A stretch of 64,000 bases of DNA from the NCBI GenBank assembly GCA_964106645.2, contig OZ067049.1; one strand, written 5' to 3'. Positions 38,666-52,916 of the stretch are shown here, piece after piece. Positions within the stretch are counted from its first letter, which is position 1. Every line of letters starts with the position of its first letter. The notes below the pieces were generated by a model. That model did not search any database. It saw only the letters and a list, made by a program, of their open reading frames with translations, and was not told where the DNA came from. Origin of the DNA: Podarcis pityusensis. Lineage: Eukaryota. The position numbers were made by a program, and so were the translations under genes.

Positions 38666-40606
38666 CGGCCTTGGACTTAGGGGTTTTTTTTTCTTCCCCT
38701 TCCGAGGTCTTTAAGAGCGTCTTTAAAAAAAATAGCAAGGGGCAGAGAGAGGCTCTGGGCAGGTCACTTATTCGCAAATGGGGAAGGAATCTTAAGGCGG
38801 CCGTGCGAGAAAACATGTAAACGTTGTGATAACGCAGCGGCTGCGTTTATCCTAAACTTCCTTTGAATCAGCAAAAGGTCCTTCCAGGGAACTGGATGGT
38901 GTGATGGAGTTCCTATGGAGTTCATTCTTGGGACAAGAGGTTGGGATGTTCTCCTTCCCCCCCATTCCGAAATATTGGTGATTTTATTTATAAGGATCTA
39001 ACTCGTGTGTGTACGTGTGTGTGTATTTGGCAACTGGACTTTGAGGTCCTGGGCGTCCAGGACCGTAAATAAGCACAATTCTAAAGAAGGGGAAGATGGG
39101 GCGATTGGCATCTACATTTGAGGCTGAGAAGGCTAATCTTTTCAAAGGTCGCGTTACGCACCAAGTACCAGTGTCTGTGCTGCGCTAGAGGTAGGACTAT
39201 ATGGGTATGACTCCAATCAAAGCAACAAAAGCCCACTGTGTCGTTTTTATTTTTACCTTTTAAAAAAATGAATGAATGAATAGAAACCAACTTGAGAAGG
39301 CAATACTTCTTCCAGATGCACTTTGAAGCCCTTCTGGAAATATTCTGTATTTGAAAAAACTTGTCCCCACTCCCACCCCCCCCGCCCAAAATTCCACCTT
39401 AAATGGAAGCAAAATAAATTGGCACTAGGAGTCCTTGGGAAAGAAAGCCAGGTTTCGCTTTGCTGCTTTCCACAGAGATCTTATTCTCTCTCTTTTTTCT
39501 CCCTCTATTTTTTTTTTAGTCAAGTTTTTCAGGACAGGCGGAGTCAAAGAAGTGTTGTCTTCGAAACAGTCTCCCTGGTCCTCTGTATATAAAAGGGACG
39601 TTTAGGCAAACATTCCGCCTTGCAATGTTCATGCTTCCTATAATTAAATTTCCAAATAGGCAATGCAGTATTTCAAGGGCAAAACCGAAATAGCAGAGGC
39701 GTGTTTTTAACAGTGTGTTGTGAATAGCATCCCCCGCCACCTTACAGTGGTAATTTCAGTGCAAAAGCACATATAGGAGACACGGGGGGACGGGGGACGT
39801 TGCAAGATAATTTTCAAGAGAAGGTCGCTGATGAAAAACCAAAATACATTGCAAATATGTTTCCTGGAAGCCCAATGTCTTCGCCTTATAATTAAAACTA
39901 TTTCTTGTCGAACGGGGAGGTGTTCCCTAGCTCTTTGTGTATTTTCAAAGCATTGACAAAGCCTTCGAATAATAACTTGCTTACTTTCTCCTGCACGTTA
40001 TCTCTGTTTCGACACCTCTGAAAGGAGCAATCTCTCCTATGTATTTGCTTAGTAATAAACCACTCACTGGATCTCTGGGAAATATTCTGTATTTCTTAGG
40101 ACTGAAAAACGCACCTTCTCTGATTAAAAAAAATACACAAAAGAAACAAAACACCTGGCAACACAGTGAAAACGGAAAATCCATCTCAGGAAGCAATCCT
40201 ACTCATAGCTAAATAAATAATCCCTACTTCCCTATTTGAAATAAATAGTTATTCAGATACAAACACGCTTTGGAAAAAAAGAAGGAAAAAATAAAGCTTC
40301 ATTGTGGCTAAATAAGGCGGCCAAAAGGGTGAAGGTGAATAATATTTCTTATTAAACGTATAACCCTAAAGGATGGGGGGGGGATTCAATTTGCATAGGG
40401 TCATTCCTTAACTTTCACTCAGAAAGACAGCATATCTGGACTTCTCCAGTATTGTCATGCTTGTATTTTATACTCCTGCGAGATCCGGCAGTGAGATGGT
40501 CATCTCAGTCTACTCGCTTCCTCAAATATTGCTATCACCCAGCAGGTAGTCTTCTGGTACCCACTGGGCAGTTAAGAACTCAACTGGCACCTCATTGAGC
40601 CTTTTT

Positions 40607-40745
40607 GAGAGGGCTAGCTGTGTTAGTCTGTTGTAGCAAAGCCGAACAACACACACACAAAAACAGAGTCTTGTGGCACTTAAAAGCAAGACAATTGTAC
40701 TATGGCGTACGCTTCTGTGAACAAGAGTCCACTTCGCTGAGATTC
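40607..40745. mobile_element. Penelope-like retroelement terminal fragment
   Basis: AGGGCTAGCTGTGTTAGTCTGTTGTAGCAAA...AGAGTCTTGTGGCACTTAAAAG...TATGGCGTACGCTTCTGTGAACAAGAGTCCACTTC resembles reptile Penelope pLTR ends as I recall them; not database-checked. Confidence 0.55.
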
Positions 40746-42802
40746 AGAACTATTAAAATCCAATGGAAATTTCCGATGGACTCTGATAGGACTCGCACGA
40801 ACCTTTAAAATGCATTGGTGGTGGTGCGTGTATGCGCAGTTGTGGGGGGGGGGAATGTGCGCCCGCATTCACCTGATGCATCTGCCAGCCAACGATATTC
40901 AATGGGGGAAATGTGGTTGATAATTCAAGATGAAATACAACGTGCATTACTCTTTGAAAAGAGGGATTTTCTATCCTTTCCTCGGTAATTGAGGTCATTC
41001 AACCACTAGAGTTCACCTGGAGTCCATACTATGATACACGCCTAACTCAAAGCTATTTTATCTTTTGTGTTGATAGTCAAGATCTTGGCTATAACATTGA
41101 CATCAAACTCTGTCTGGGCGCATGACTAAGAGTGGCGCACAACGTAAACTTTTGACCCTCAACTTTTTGACCTAGAGTTGTTACGCCCTAACCACAGAGA
41201 TATACAAAAGCGAAGCAGCTCCTATCTCCTTAAAAGAATCTCCAGCTCTCTTGTTTGTTGCCATCAAGCCTTGACTGTTTCCCTTTTCGCTAAGATTTTA
41301 AGGGAATGCAGTTTTTGCATGGCTGTTTGTTTGGGGTTTTTTTTAAAAAAAGAGCAGCCTCAACGGTTTCCATCACTGAAACCGAATTCTAAAATCAAAC
41401 GCAAAGCCCAGACACCAGCGTGGGAGATTAACTAGATTATACTGAAAGGAACGATGTGCTTTCCATTGGTAGATGTGTAAATTCTGGATGCGAAGTGGGG
41501 CGCAGTGACCGGGCAATTTATCCAGGCTGGCCATTGTGCCATCTTATTTATTTAATAAAGACCCTGATCCAACGGAGTCGAGAAGCCTTGGCCACGGAGA
41601 GAGCAAGTTGACTGTGAACTTGGTCTAAAGCGAGCTCTGCTGGCGAGTTCTGGAGTGTGCAGATTTATCTTAGTTTCTGCATTTACTTAACCTGGCAATG
41701 AACTGCGAGGGCTGCCATTTATTATCCAGAGACAGACTTCACCTCGAGCAAGGACTGTTTCACAAAAACTGCAATAATTACCCAATAACCTTCATAACAA
41801 ATATTATTATTGAAAAGCCCATTTCAGAGGGTTATGTGGAGAAGGAAAAGAAGGGGACAGGCTCCCTGGAAAGAGACGCCCTTTGGAAAACATGGTGTCT
41901 TTCTCTCTGAGATCACAGTGCATTGTTTGCGTCCAATATGCAAACCATACAGCCCTGTGATTGTGGAGGAGCTGTTTTCGAGAAACGCTAGCCGCCAGGG
42001 AAACTACTAGGATTTTGGAGAATCGTGAAAACAAAGCCTGCGAAAAATAGAGGTTATGTGATCAGAGTGGATAGAAAGAACAAAAAACTCCCAAAGGCCG
42101 AATTATACAGATCAGAAAATCAGATGAAAGAGGGGAAGAAAGAGAGGTATTACAGGAAAGATGCAATCCAAGTGCTTATGTTCTCGATATTAGAATGTAA
42201 TGTTGAAAGCTGGGCAGATAAGGTAGAAAACACTTGCAATTTCACTCTTTTGAAGACAAGGAAATTAATTCGTTAAGATAACGCCACTAATAATTTTCCC
42301 ATGATGCTTTGTAGTGAGGGGCACGCGCAAACCATCGAATCATGTGACTTAGAAAAGCCATCTTACGCTTTAAAGAAAGTGAAGTCTTCCGACGCCCTTG
42401 CTATATACACACACCCTTGTCTAACCTTTAATGGCGCTGGTGCTTACATCTGGGCCAGCGAAGTACTTCTAAGGTTCAGAATTGCTCGCGGTAATTTAAG
42501 TAAAATAAACCATACAGTTGTCAGAGAAAGAAAGTAACAGTGATACGACAGTCATCACCATCAGATCTACTTGCACTAAATACACATACAATATTATTTT
42601 AAAATGGGCTTTACATTCCGGAGTTTCGGGTGGATGTGTTTTGCCTAGGTTATTCGGTAGAGTGTTTCAAGGTGGCATGACAGAAAACTAGAAATATTTT
42701 TAAATAGTGACAATTCCCATAGTTATTGGCATGTTCAATGAATTCATCTTGTGTTTAGGGGTTGACTTTTTTTGTGGGGGTTTTTTGTGCGTGAGGAATT
42801 TT

Positions 42803-42874
42803 GCCTACTCAGAAGAAAGTCTCGTTGAGTTCAATGGGATTCACTCCCAGGGAAGTGAGTATAGGATTGCAGCC
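42803..42874. mobile_element. Short palindromic repeat copy
   Basis: Reverse complement aligns end to end with 52917-52990, including an identical AATCCCATTGAACTCAAC. Confidence 0.75.
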
Positions 42875-45469
42875 TAAATGACATTGTTCACAAAGCTGTA
42901 TGTTTTTCACTGGCTAGTATCCATTCAGTCAACTAGCAATCAGAAGGCTGGATCGCTAGGTAGCCACGGTAAAAGTTAACTAAGCATTCAGCTCAATGAA
43001 TTGTTTTCCCCCAGTTATAAAATCAGACGGCATCAGGATTTCCCTATTCCATTCCTGAATTCTTTTGAATTAAATCCAACAGACTTCAGCACGATTTTCT
43101 TCTGCCTAGGTATGGAGCAGATTGACCACAACCTTCAGATAGTCTCATCCAAGACGATGAGATCACATCCAGCCCCGAATGAGCTTAAACTGGACCTTGT
43201 TTTTCACTAGGAAACAGAAGCTAAATTTCAGTTCATGTAAACTGAAGTAGATTAGCACCTGGATTTCAGTGATATTTTACTTGGGGAAATATCCCCTTGA
43301 AAGCCTGGACTCGAATTTCCCAGTAAATACTTTAGTAGTCCAACAATAGTCCCGTTGGATTTTTTTTTTAAAAAAGTGTAAAATCAGGTCCTTCCCTTAA
43401 CTAGATTATGGATTTGTAATTCAGCCATCTGTTTCTCTTTAGGAGATATGCATTATATTTAAATCCTTATTTTTTCTACTGAAAAAAGTCTAGTCATGTT
43501 TTCAGACACGTGTATACGCATTGCTAACTATTTAAGGTGTAGGAAAGTAAATACCATGAAAAATGCCAGCTAGTATTAGCATTCGGTTCTGTGTGGTTAA
43601 TTCTGCCACATAGGCTTGGACTAAATGTAAAAACTAAATGTAAAATTAAAAACTGCTCCTCTCCACCCAGCATTGCTAGCGTATCCATATGTATTCAGGG
43701 AAATGTATAAAAAATATTTGAAGTGTTAAGATATATATTCACTTATTGCTGCAAGTTTCTCAACCTTCTAATATTACCCACCTATACACAAGAAAAAATA
43801 TCCTTCATCAGAATATCTCTTTCCAAAAAGCCACTAGGACAGGGCACGCTTATGTTATATTACGCTATTATATCTTCTGACAACACTGTCTTTTCCTCTG
43901 ATGTCCAAAGCGATATAAGAGTGGAAAAGCATATTCTAGAACCCCACACGCTGATAACAATCTGTTGTTGTTTTTTAAAAGGCAGGAATTGGGGTGAGAT
44001 CGTTTCAAACCTCACGTGGGGTCACCTCAACGTATGAGCCCATTTGTAGGGGCCCCTCTTACTTTCTTTTTCAAAAAGAGTAGGGTCCTATCTTGCCAAT
44101 TCTTAGTCACCTGCATGGCTTTTAGCTACAAGGCGCTCCAAAGATACAACTGATAAGACTTAAAAGCTGCTCGTGTGAGCAAAGATTTCCAGGATTTGGC
44201 TCTGGCAGTACAAAGAAGCTGAGAAGAAAGAAAAGGAAATAACAAAACAAAACAAAAAGAAGAAGGGCAGTGGAAAAAGGGATGCTCTTTCACGCTCTCT
44301 TTCAACCCTGGAAATTCAAAGACTTAAAGTTGAATCCGGTCATAAAGTTTATTGCTGAGTAATCACACTCTAGTGAGAAGAGTCTACTTAAATAGAAAAA
44401 AGGAATGTTGAAATAAACAGGCAGCTGGGGCCTACCCTGCAATTCCCAGCCAGTAATGTGTGTATGTAGATATATACACGGATATCTATATAAATGGGGT
44501 TATTTACTATCGCCTATAAACCTATGCGTATTGTCCTTCATAATTCCAAGCACTCCAATGGCACGTAGAATCTCCTGTAAAAGTTACAGTCAATTTGTTC
44601 CTTCATGGGAAGGGATAAAGGAACCAGTGGGAAATGAAGACACTGGGGTTGTGGGGAATCTACGGGAAGGGTGTAAATTGCGTATATATACACTCTATGT
44701 ACACACAGAGAGGGACACCGAGAGAGATGTAGGTAGGCGAGGGTACTTATGAAGGAGAGATGAGTCTCAAAGAACCTTAACCACGTAAAAAGTCAGACTT
44801 GGAGCGCACCTTCCTTGTCTTTTAGAGACGATAAGTTGGAAAACTTATCTTGGAAAACCTACGACTGCGTCAATTCCACACACATCCCGCCCCGCAAAGA
44901 CAGGGATGCCCAGTCTACAGATATAGCCAGATCTATGTTCCTTTCATTAAAATATATTTTTTTGAAAAAAATCGCCTGCGGACTCTCTGCCCCCTCAATA
45001 AACAAAATCACTGGGCACGGAAAAGTTCCTGAAGCAAAGGAAGTCATTATCATTTGCCGTAGTCAAAGTAATTAAAGTTAGGCCTCAAAATCCATCTCTG
45101 CCAAAGTCGCTTATTGTGGTTTGCCTGGATTTGACGGATAAAATTTTAAAAAGGAGAGGTTAGATAAAAATGGGGAGGAGGGACAACGGCCCCCCACCCA
45201 CTGTAACCTGCACCTTTCAAATATTATTTCTTCCCGTCCGAATCAACGGGGCAGCTTTAAGAAGGAGCCAGGCAACGACAGGCGAGCTCTTCACTGTACA
45301 AATAAACTTAAGCAACTTGTGCACGAAACTTACCTTAACTTGCAATGAGCCATTTTTTCAGAGAGTATTTGAGAACTTGGGGGAATGGATACTTCTGTAC
45401 CTAAACCTGACAATTTGAATGGCCAGGAGGCGCACGTAGCCTGCAAAAGAGTCAAATGAAGTCCATCGT

Positions 45470-45564
45470 CAGTGTGATTATATGTTATGTGGTATATAAT
45501 GTTGGATGACAACTCCCCAAAACCATAAAACTTACTTTAATGGCACCACGTGACTTTTTATAGC
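45470..45564. promoter_or_regulatory. Conserved-type element 3' of HOXA5 (Cdx/Hox ATAAA + E-box)
   Basis: TGGATGACAAC, CCATAAAA, TTAATGG and CCACGTGAC clustered about 2 kb past the HOXA5 stop, truncated by an N block. Position is compatible with the Hoxa5 3' mesodermal enhancer (inference). Confidence 0.5.
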
Positions 45565-46466
45565 NNNNNNNNNNNNNNNNNNNNNNNNNNNNNNNNNNNN
45601 NNNNNNNNNNNNNNNNNNNNNNNNNNNNNNNNNNNNNNNNNNNNNNNNNNNNNNNNNNNNNNNNNNNNNNNNNNNNNNNNNNNNNNNNNNNNNNNNNNNN
45701 NNNNATCAATGTAAAGCCGTCTGTAAATGTGCAAAGCTTTAGTTGCGCTTAGAAGCTCGGGAGAGTTAACCATTCAAGCTCTGGTGAGGGTAAGTAACGT
45801 TACATTTCCTAGCAAAAAAAGAGTAGCTGTAGCGAAAATAAATAAATAAATAACTGTTATATCGAAGGGTGGAATTTATCCCCACCCGCGCAACAACAGC
45901 CACAAAACCCTTCCCCAATACTTTTTTTTAAGAGTGCAGAATAAGAAGGTGGGTGTATCTGGTCTATTTAAATACTTTTTTCCCCCATGTTGGACTGGTG
46001 CTCACAGATGCAAGACCTTTCTGGCAGGTCTAGCTTTCTTTAACTTATGAGGATGAACCGATGGAGATAGTATAAAGCAGGTTCTGGAGATGATAATGTT
46101 GTTGAAGAAAGGACAGTCTTCTTCTTCTTCTTCTTTTCCTCCCCAGCCAAGAAAGAGCAGAAGTTTGGGGCATTCCTTCTCCCTCCCACCCCACTTTCCA
46201 AGACAAGGAGTTGGCTGAGGGTCTGTTATTGTGAGCCCTCCATCCAAAGAATAACTTTACAATTCCAAGGGATCTGGGGCAATCGTGTCTGCATCTACTT
46301 TGAATTTGGGTTAGGTCCTTCTCCAACTTTGCTCTAGTTAGAGTGATGAAGCTAAGGACATCTCCGTTAGGGTAGAAACCAAACTACCCGCAGAAGTAAA
46401 AACAAAAACAAAAACCGGGGGTTCGATGGGGAAGAAAGAAAAGGGGGAAACCCTTACAATAGAAAG

Positions 46467-46472
46467 TTTATT
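46467..46472 (-). terminator. HOXA5 polyadenylation signal
   Basis: AATAAA (minus) about 1.1 kb after the stop. Confidence 0.55.
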
Positions 46473-47123
46473 TTTTTTCCAGTCAGTTATTAAAAAAAAA
46501 AACAGTTTCTTTTCAAAAGCCGATCACATTATTGTTGTTGTTGCTGCTATTATTATTATTATTATTATTTGCTCAAACAGCCAGACTTTGATTCTATGTG
46601 TAACTTTGTTCACCAAAAGAAAGGAAGGAAGCTATAAGAGAGAAGAGGGGGTGGGAAATACGTTACTGAAGCTGCGCTTAATAAAAAAGCCACTTCTAAG
46701 ACTTCGTGCAAAGAGAGTCATATACAAAGGCACAAGCAAAGGACATACTGTCTGGAATTACAGTTTTCGTCACAGATTCACTATTCACTACACGTTAGGA
46801 CACGTTCCGTTTTTGTATTTCGTCATATTCACCTCTACAACAGCCATTAATGGACACAGGGAAATAAGATAGGTCGTTTCTGATCGGAAATCTCGGCCAC
46901 AGCTTGGAGCTATACAGACACTGACACGTTTTGAACACACATGCACAGCAAAGCACAACGAGTGCAACACACAGAGAGAGAGAACATTGGGAGTCAAACA
47001 GGACTTGTAGGGGAGCCAGAAGGGAAGGACTTGAGGGGGAAGCGAACGAGGGACCAAATCGTCCTCCTTTACTTTTGTGTTTGTCTAGGGTGTCTTCCCC
47101 CCCCCTCGGTTCCCCCCTCCCAC

Positions 47124-47142
47124 TTCACAGTTACTTCAAGTA
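47124..47142 (-). promoter_or_regulatory. Adjacent miR-27 and miR-26 8mer sites in HOXA5 3' UTR
   Basis: mRNA-sense TACTTGAA (47142-47135, miR-26) and ACTGTGAA (47131-47124, miR-27). Confidence 0.55.
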
Positions 47143-47570
47143 ACACCACTCGCTTCATATAAATAAGTTAAAACATCTACATTGTCCCCCCCCCTTCAAG
47201 ACAAAAGCCATTCAAGACATAAAATGCACGGGAAGCAGATCTACTCGTAACACGCGCTAGAGAGAGAGAGAGGAAGAGAGAGACGCGGGCGGGGGCGGGG
47301 TGGGGGGCTCAATTAAAACAGGCTCAGAATGAAACGATGGGCGAGGGAATCTTCAGCCTCCCAGAGAAGTTGGAGCAAGTCAATGTGGTCTACAGAACGA
47401 GGGGCAGAAGGAGAGCGAGAGCGGGAAGAGGCTACTGACATTCCACGCAGGGTCAGCTCAATTATAATACTGCTCAGTTACTCGGGTTTTTTTGTTTTGT
47501 TTTCTTCCGGGGAAGGAAGAAGGAGAAGGAGCAGCAGCAGCAGCAGCTTCAGGGCCGGGGGGTTTTCCTC

Positions 47571-47972
<402 letters not shown>

Positions 47973-48486
47973 TCAACAAGTAGCTCCTTCTCCTCTCTCT
48001 CTCTCTCTCTCTCCCCACCCGCATCTATCTCTTCTCCCCTTCCCTCAAATAATATCCCGGGCTCTGAATTTGAGCAGCCTCCCCTTTGCCTCTTCTGAGG
48101 AATTTTATTTAATCTGGGGAAGACAGGGTGGCAGCTCCCTTCTGCACCCCGATCCTTAACATATTACTACTCGCAAGTAAAAGAAAACAAAACCATTTGG
48201 CTTCATGAGAACTTACTTCCTCCTGACAGTATGCTTAGGGTCCTGGGCAAGTTGTTACTAGAGTGAGTTTTACACAAACATAAACACCCAAACCAAGCAC
48301 CCTCTGAAGTTCTGGTCCCACTCCTGATCTGAACACACTGTATCTGGGAGTCACTGGGAAGAATTTCCAAGTGCCCTATGGACTGCAGGACTAAGCCCCC
48401 CCCCCAATTGCCCCCCTCCAATCTCCTCTCTTAAGTTTTCCTTCGAATTACTTCCCTCCCAGAAAAAATATTTTTCCCCCACACCC

Positions 48487-48490
<4 letters not shown>

Positions 48491-48550
<60 letters not shown>

Positions 48551-48561
48551 CCCACACACAC
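48491..48561. repeat. (TC)n(CA)n microsatellite in HOXA5 intron
   Basis: Visible runs. Confidence 0.95.
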
Positions 48562-49028
48562 ATTATTTACTCAACTTCTTTTTTGATATAATTAGTAACG
48601 GTGTTTTTCACTGGACGGTCCTCGTCATAAATTACAAGGACTGACACGCACTATTCAAGATCCCTCTCTCTCACACACACACACACGCTTTCCCTCTCTC
48701 TCCCCTCCCCCCAAATTTCAATTACACCTCACAGTCCGGGAGACTTAGAAGAGTTATTAAAGAGAGCTTGGCTCACCCTACCCCGATTTCCAAAGTCCCA
48801 CTTGCCTTTTCCAGGAGGGACCGGGTTTGGGGGGCGGATTTCCTCCGCATAGACCAGACGATCAGACAAGCAGGCAGAGGAACACAGAGAGCAAGAGAAA
48901 GCACATTTCTTGCCCACCACGTTTCCTCTTTTGCAAACAATCTACCTTCTCTCTCCCTCGACACACACTCCCCCCCCTCCCCACCCCTCTCTCATACATA
49001 GATATTGTAATCCGGGCATGCTTTTTAC

Positions 49029-49698
49029 CATGGCTTATGTGCAGTTTTCTCATCCAGGGGTAGATCTGGGGCTGTGGCGGCTGTGGAGCTGTGCTTTGGT
49101 CGTTCTGCTGGGGATTCGCCTGCTCGCTGCTGGCCGGGGCGTCCTCCTCGGTGTCTGGCGACGTGCTGAGCCCTTCTCTGCCTAGGTGGTGGGGGTTGTT
49201 GCCCGTGCTGCTGGCGCTGGTGCTGCTGCTGCTGCTGCTGCTGGCGCCGCTGCTGGAAGTGGACGAAGTGCTGCTCGAGTTGGCCGTGGAGTTTTTCACG
49301 CTGCCGCCGTGATGAGCGTCGCCGCTGACAGGCGAGGTGGCCGCCACGGCAGCGGCGGCGGCGCAGGGCAGAGGGTCAGGCGGAGGCGAGTGAGTGGCCC
49401 CCGCCGCCGCCCGGCTGGCGTACCTGGCCTCGGGGGCAGCGTTGGCGGGGTAGCTGCTGCGAGCCCTCTCCGAGGGGCCCCCTGCCCCAAAGTGGCTGGA
49501 AGCCGAGCGGCCGACGCTGAGGTCCATGCCATTGTAGCCGTAGCCTCCGCCGCCGCCGCCGCCGTACCTGCCGGAATGCATGCTGGCGGAGTCCCTGAAT
49601 TGCTCGCTCACGGCACTGGGATCTCCATAATTATGTAACGGGTAGTCCGGGCCATTTGGATAGCGACCGCAAAATGAGTTTACAAAATAAGAGCTCAT
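49029..49698 (-). CDS. HOXA5: HOXA5 exon 1
   Basis: [19 protein letters not shown]...[15 protein letters not shown]. Donor G|GTAAAA at 49028. Length 670 nt, phase 1. Spliced protein is 306 aa. Confidence 0.97.
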
Positions 49699-50077
49699 TT
49701 GTTTTTTTTGTTGATGATTATTTTTTTGTTGTTGTTGTTGGTTGGGATTTTTTTGTTGCTTTTTTTTTTTTGATCGGGGGGCTTGATTTGTGGCTCTTTG
49801 CTTCGTTTTTTGGTGCGTCTATNNNNNNNNNNNNNNNNNNNNNNNNNNNNNNNNNNNNNNNNNNNNNNNNNNNNNNNNNNNNNNNNNNNNNNNNNNNNNN
49901 NNNNNNNNNNNNNNNNNNNNNNNNNNNNNNNNNNNNNNNNNNNNNNNNNNNNNNNNNNNNNNNNNNNNNNNNNNNNNNNNNNNNNNNNNNNNNNAGTTTG
50001 GGTGGATGCTGGAAGGGCTGGGGCGCGCGCGCCGGCGCGCGCACCCGGCCGCCAGCTCGCGACTGTCAGTCGGCCTC

Positions 50078-50097
50078 GTGCGCCACCCTCTGGAGGA
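50078..50097 (-). promoter_or_regulatory. CTCF motif between HOXA5 and HOXA6 (C5|6-type boundary)
   Basis: Minus strand CCTCCAGAGGGTGGCGCA fits the CTCF core. It lies about 400 bp upstream of the HOXA5 ATG, where a boundary CTCF site is established in mammals. Confidence 0.7.
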
Positions 50098-50421
50098 AAG
50101 CGGAATCTTCACCTCCGCAACAACCCCCCCCCCTCCGGCCCAGCCAGGGGCTTACTCGCAAGTCTGGGGTCGAATCGAGGTTACAGCCCATTATAGCAAA
50201 ATTATGGCATCTCTCACACAGTTCCATTAGTATGGACCAATTTTTAAGGGCTATCGGCTCCAGATCAGAAAACCAGCAAGAATTCAGAAGCATAGGGGAG
50301 AAATAATATATTCAACCTTTCCTTTTCAATAAGATTCTTTTTAATCTTGCACATTCCTTTATTATTTTCTAACATCCCCCATTCTGCTAGAGATTCTTTA
50401 CAAAGAATAGCTATATAAATA

Positions 50422-50461
<40 letters not shown>

Positions 50462-52258
50462 GGGATTTCTTTTGCGGGAGGAAGGGAAAAGACTAATTAT
50501 TATTGAAGCCAATTAGAGGAAAGCAATAAACCCCAACATTCTAGCAACAATTACTATGGTGTCCTTTTTTCTCAGGCGCTTGAAAAACCAGGATAAAAGG
50601 GGTTGCTGGGGATCGATCGCTGTGTATTTTTAAAGATCAGTGCCGATTTCAAAATTTCCTTCAGCTGAGCTGTTCTCTAAGCCTCTTTTAAACAGCATGG
50701 AACTAAAAGCAAGCAAACCCCAGTATCATTTTATGACACCATGGCATATTGTCTCCCTCCCCCACCCAATTTTACAACAACATATTATATATAATGGTAG
50801 TGATCTTTTGAGGGGTAGGATTTCACTATTTCACTTTTATTAGTATTCAGAGTCATTGCCCAAAAAGTACACTTTTCATAGTATCGAAAAAGACCTTTGC
50901 ATTTCCACATATACACAGAGGACGCCAAACACACTTAATCGCATATATAAAGACACATTTTCACTGTCACTGTTATTTAAAGCAAACCGTGCTTGTGCCG
51001 GATCCTTCTTCCACACATTCTCAATAAAAGCATAGAATAGTAGCTACATTTCGACTTTGCTTCCATCACCATCATAATTTACTGTCGTTGTTTAGAAATT
51101 TAACCAAATGTGAAGGGGGGGTTGGGGAAACAGCCACGATTCAGTATTCTGCCTACTCCTTCAATAGTACTCAGAAATCAAAGTTACCCTCGATAGTCAA
51201 GTTGTGTTTGTGAGCGTGCATATACATGTGTACACACACACTCTCTCTCCTCTAATTCGAACTCTACCCATCTCTGCCTGCTTAGAGATACTTCTCCCTT
51301 TACTTTTTGTGCTTTTAATTACAGTATTTTGAGCTTTGTTGGGGGTTTTTTAATGCAGGCTTTTGCTAATTAGAACAAAACACTACGCAAATATGTGGCC
51401 ATTTTGAAACATCCATAGCAGTTCATCAACACTTCAAGGCTGTATTTAAAAAAACAACAACAGAAAAACGCTTAATCTCATTATTGAAATTTCCCCTTTC
51501 CCTATTTTTTTTTTTTTGGTGGGGTGGGATCCTAACTATATATTTCAATCATATGTACAAGGAAACACGCTTTTCCTAATCTGTACTGTAATATTTCGGT
51601 GCCATAAAGTCGCCATAGTGGCAACTTTAATCATGGAGTCTTTTTATTTTTTGTTTTGTATTTTTTTTAAAAATCCGAATGAATAGGCTCAGGTCTGAGG
51701 TGAAAAGGAGACGAACAATGGCACCAATCTATCCCGAGTTAGCAGCAAAGACATAAATAAGACGCCTGTACATCTCTGGCCGTCCTAGAATATGGAGGTT
51801 TCCCTCTGAGCAAGCGACCGCCGCTCCCCCTTTTTTTGTCCCTGGAAGCAATTCCATCAATTTCCAGTCCTTCATATTAACACCGATGCTCCACTTCAAA
51901 GTTTGTTTGGTGTGGTTTTGTTTTTTTTAAAGAATCTTGATACCATCTGAAGCATATCCTAACCTCCACTTTGGAGACCTGACTATGTACACCACTCCCT
52001 TCCATGACCATTTATCCTACCGATCCAGAAATTCACAGTTAATTGCAAATATATATAGATATATATAAATAGGTATATATTTTAATCAAGCCTTTGAAAG
52101 TCGTCAGAACCATTACAATACGAATTATATCTATATCTATATCTATATATTCCTGGAGGAACATAAGAGGGGAGGGGTAAGGGGAGATGTAAAGAGCAAC
52201 TAATGAAAGGGTATGGTGGCAACTCCACACACACCCCCGCCTCGTTGTAAGCATTGTT

Positions 52259-52540
<282 letters not shown>

Positions 52541-52916
52541 TCAGTTGGAGAGGCCTTCGTGCTTTCTGTTAACAATGGAGGAAAACTGCTTCGAGCTGCG
52601 CTGGTGCGTGTGTCCCCCCCCCCCTCTCTCCCACCCCCAGCCCATATCCTTGCATAGGAAGATATAAGGAGATGCGTGGGAAAAGTTCAGTCCCTTCCTC
52701 AACGTTTCCCGGGTTAAATATCTCCCAGGGATATCTAGTTGGTAGCAGAACTTTGGGAAGCGAATGTTCGTATTGACGTCGGGGCTAAAATTCCGCGCTC
52801 AACACGCAGAAAATACCCTCATATGGCACACAAACGGGCACATATGCACACGCTGTGACTGACTCTGTGTGGGGTGTGTAACATTTCTATCTCGCTGTGG
52901 CGTCGGCAAAAACTCA

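Noticed and set aside
41153-41173. Two nuclear-receptor half-sites TGACCC/TGACCT
   Set aside because: 9-bp spacing is not a standard RARE geometry.
35400-46400. Intact miR-10 hairpin between HOXA4 and HOXA5
   Set aside because: No TACCCTGTAGA mature sequence or hairpin seen on the minus strand in the visible sequence, consistent with HoxA lacking miR-10.
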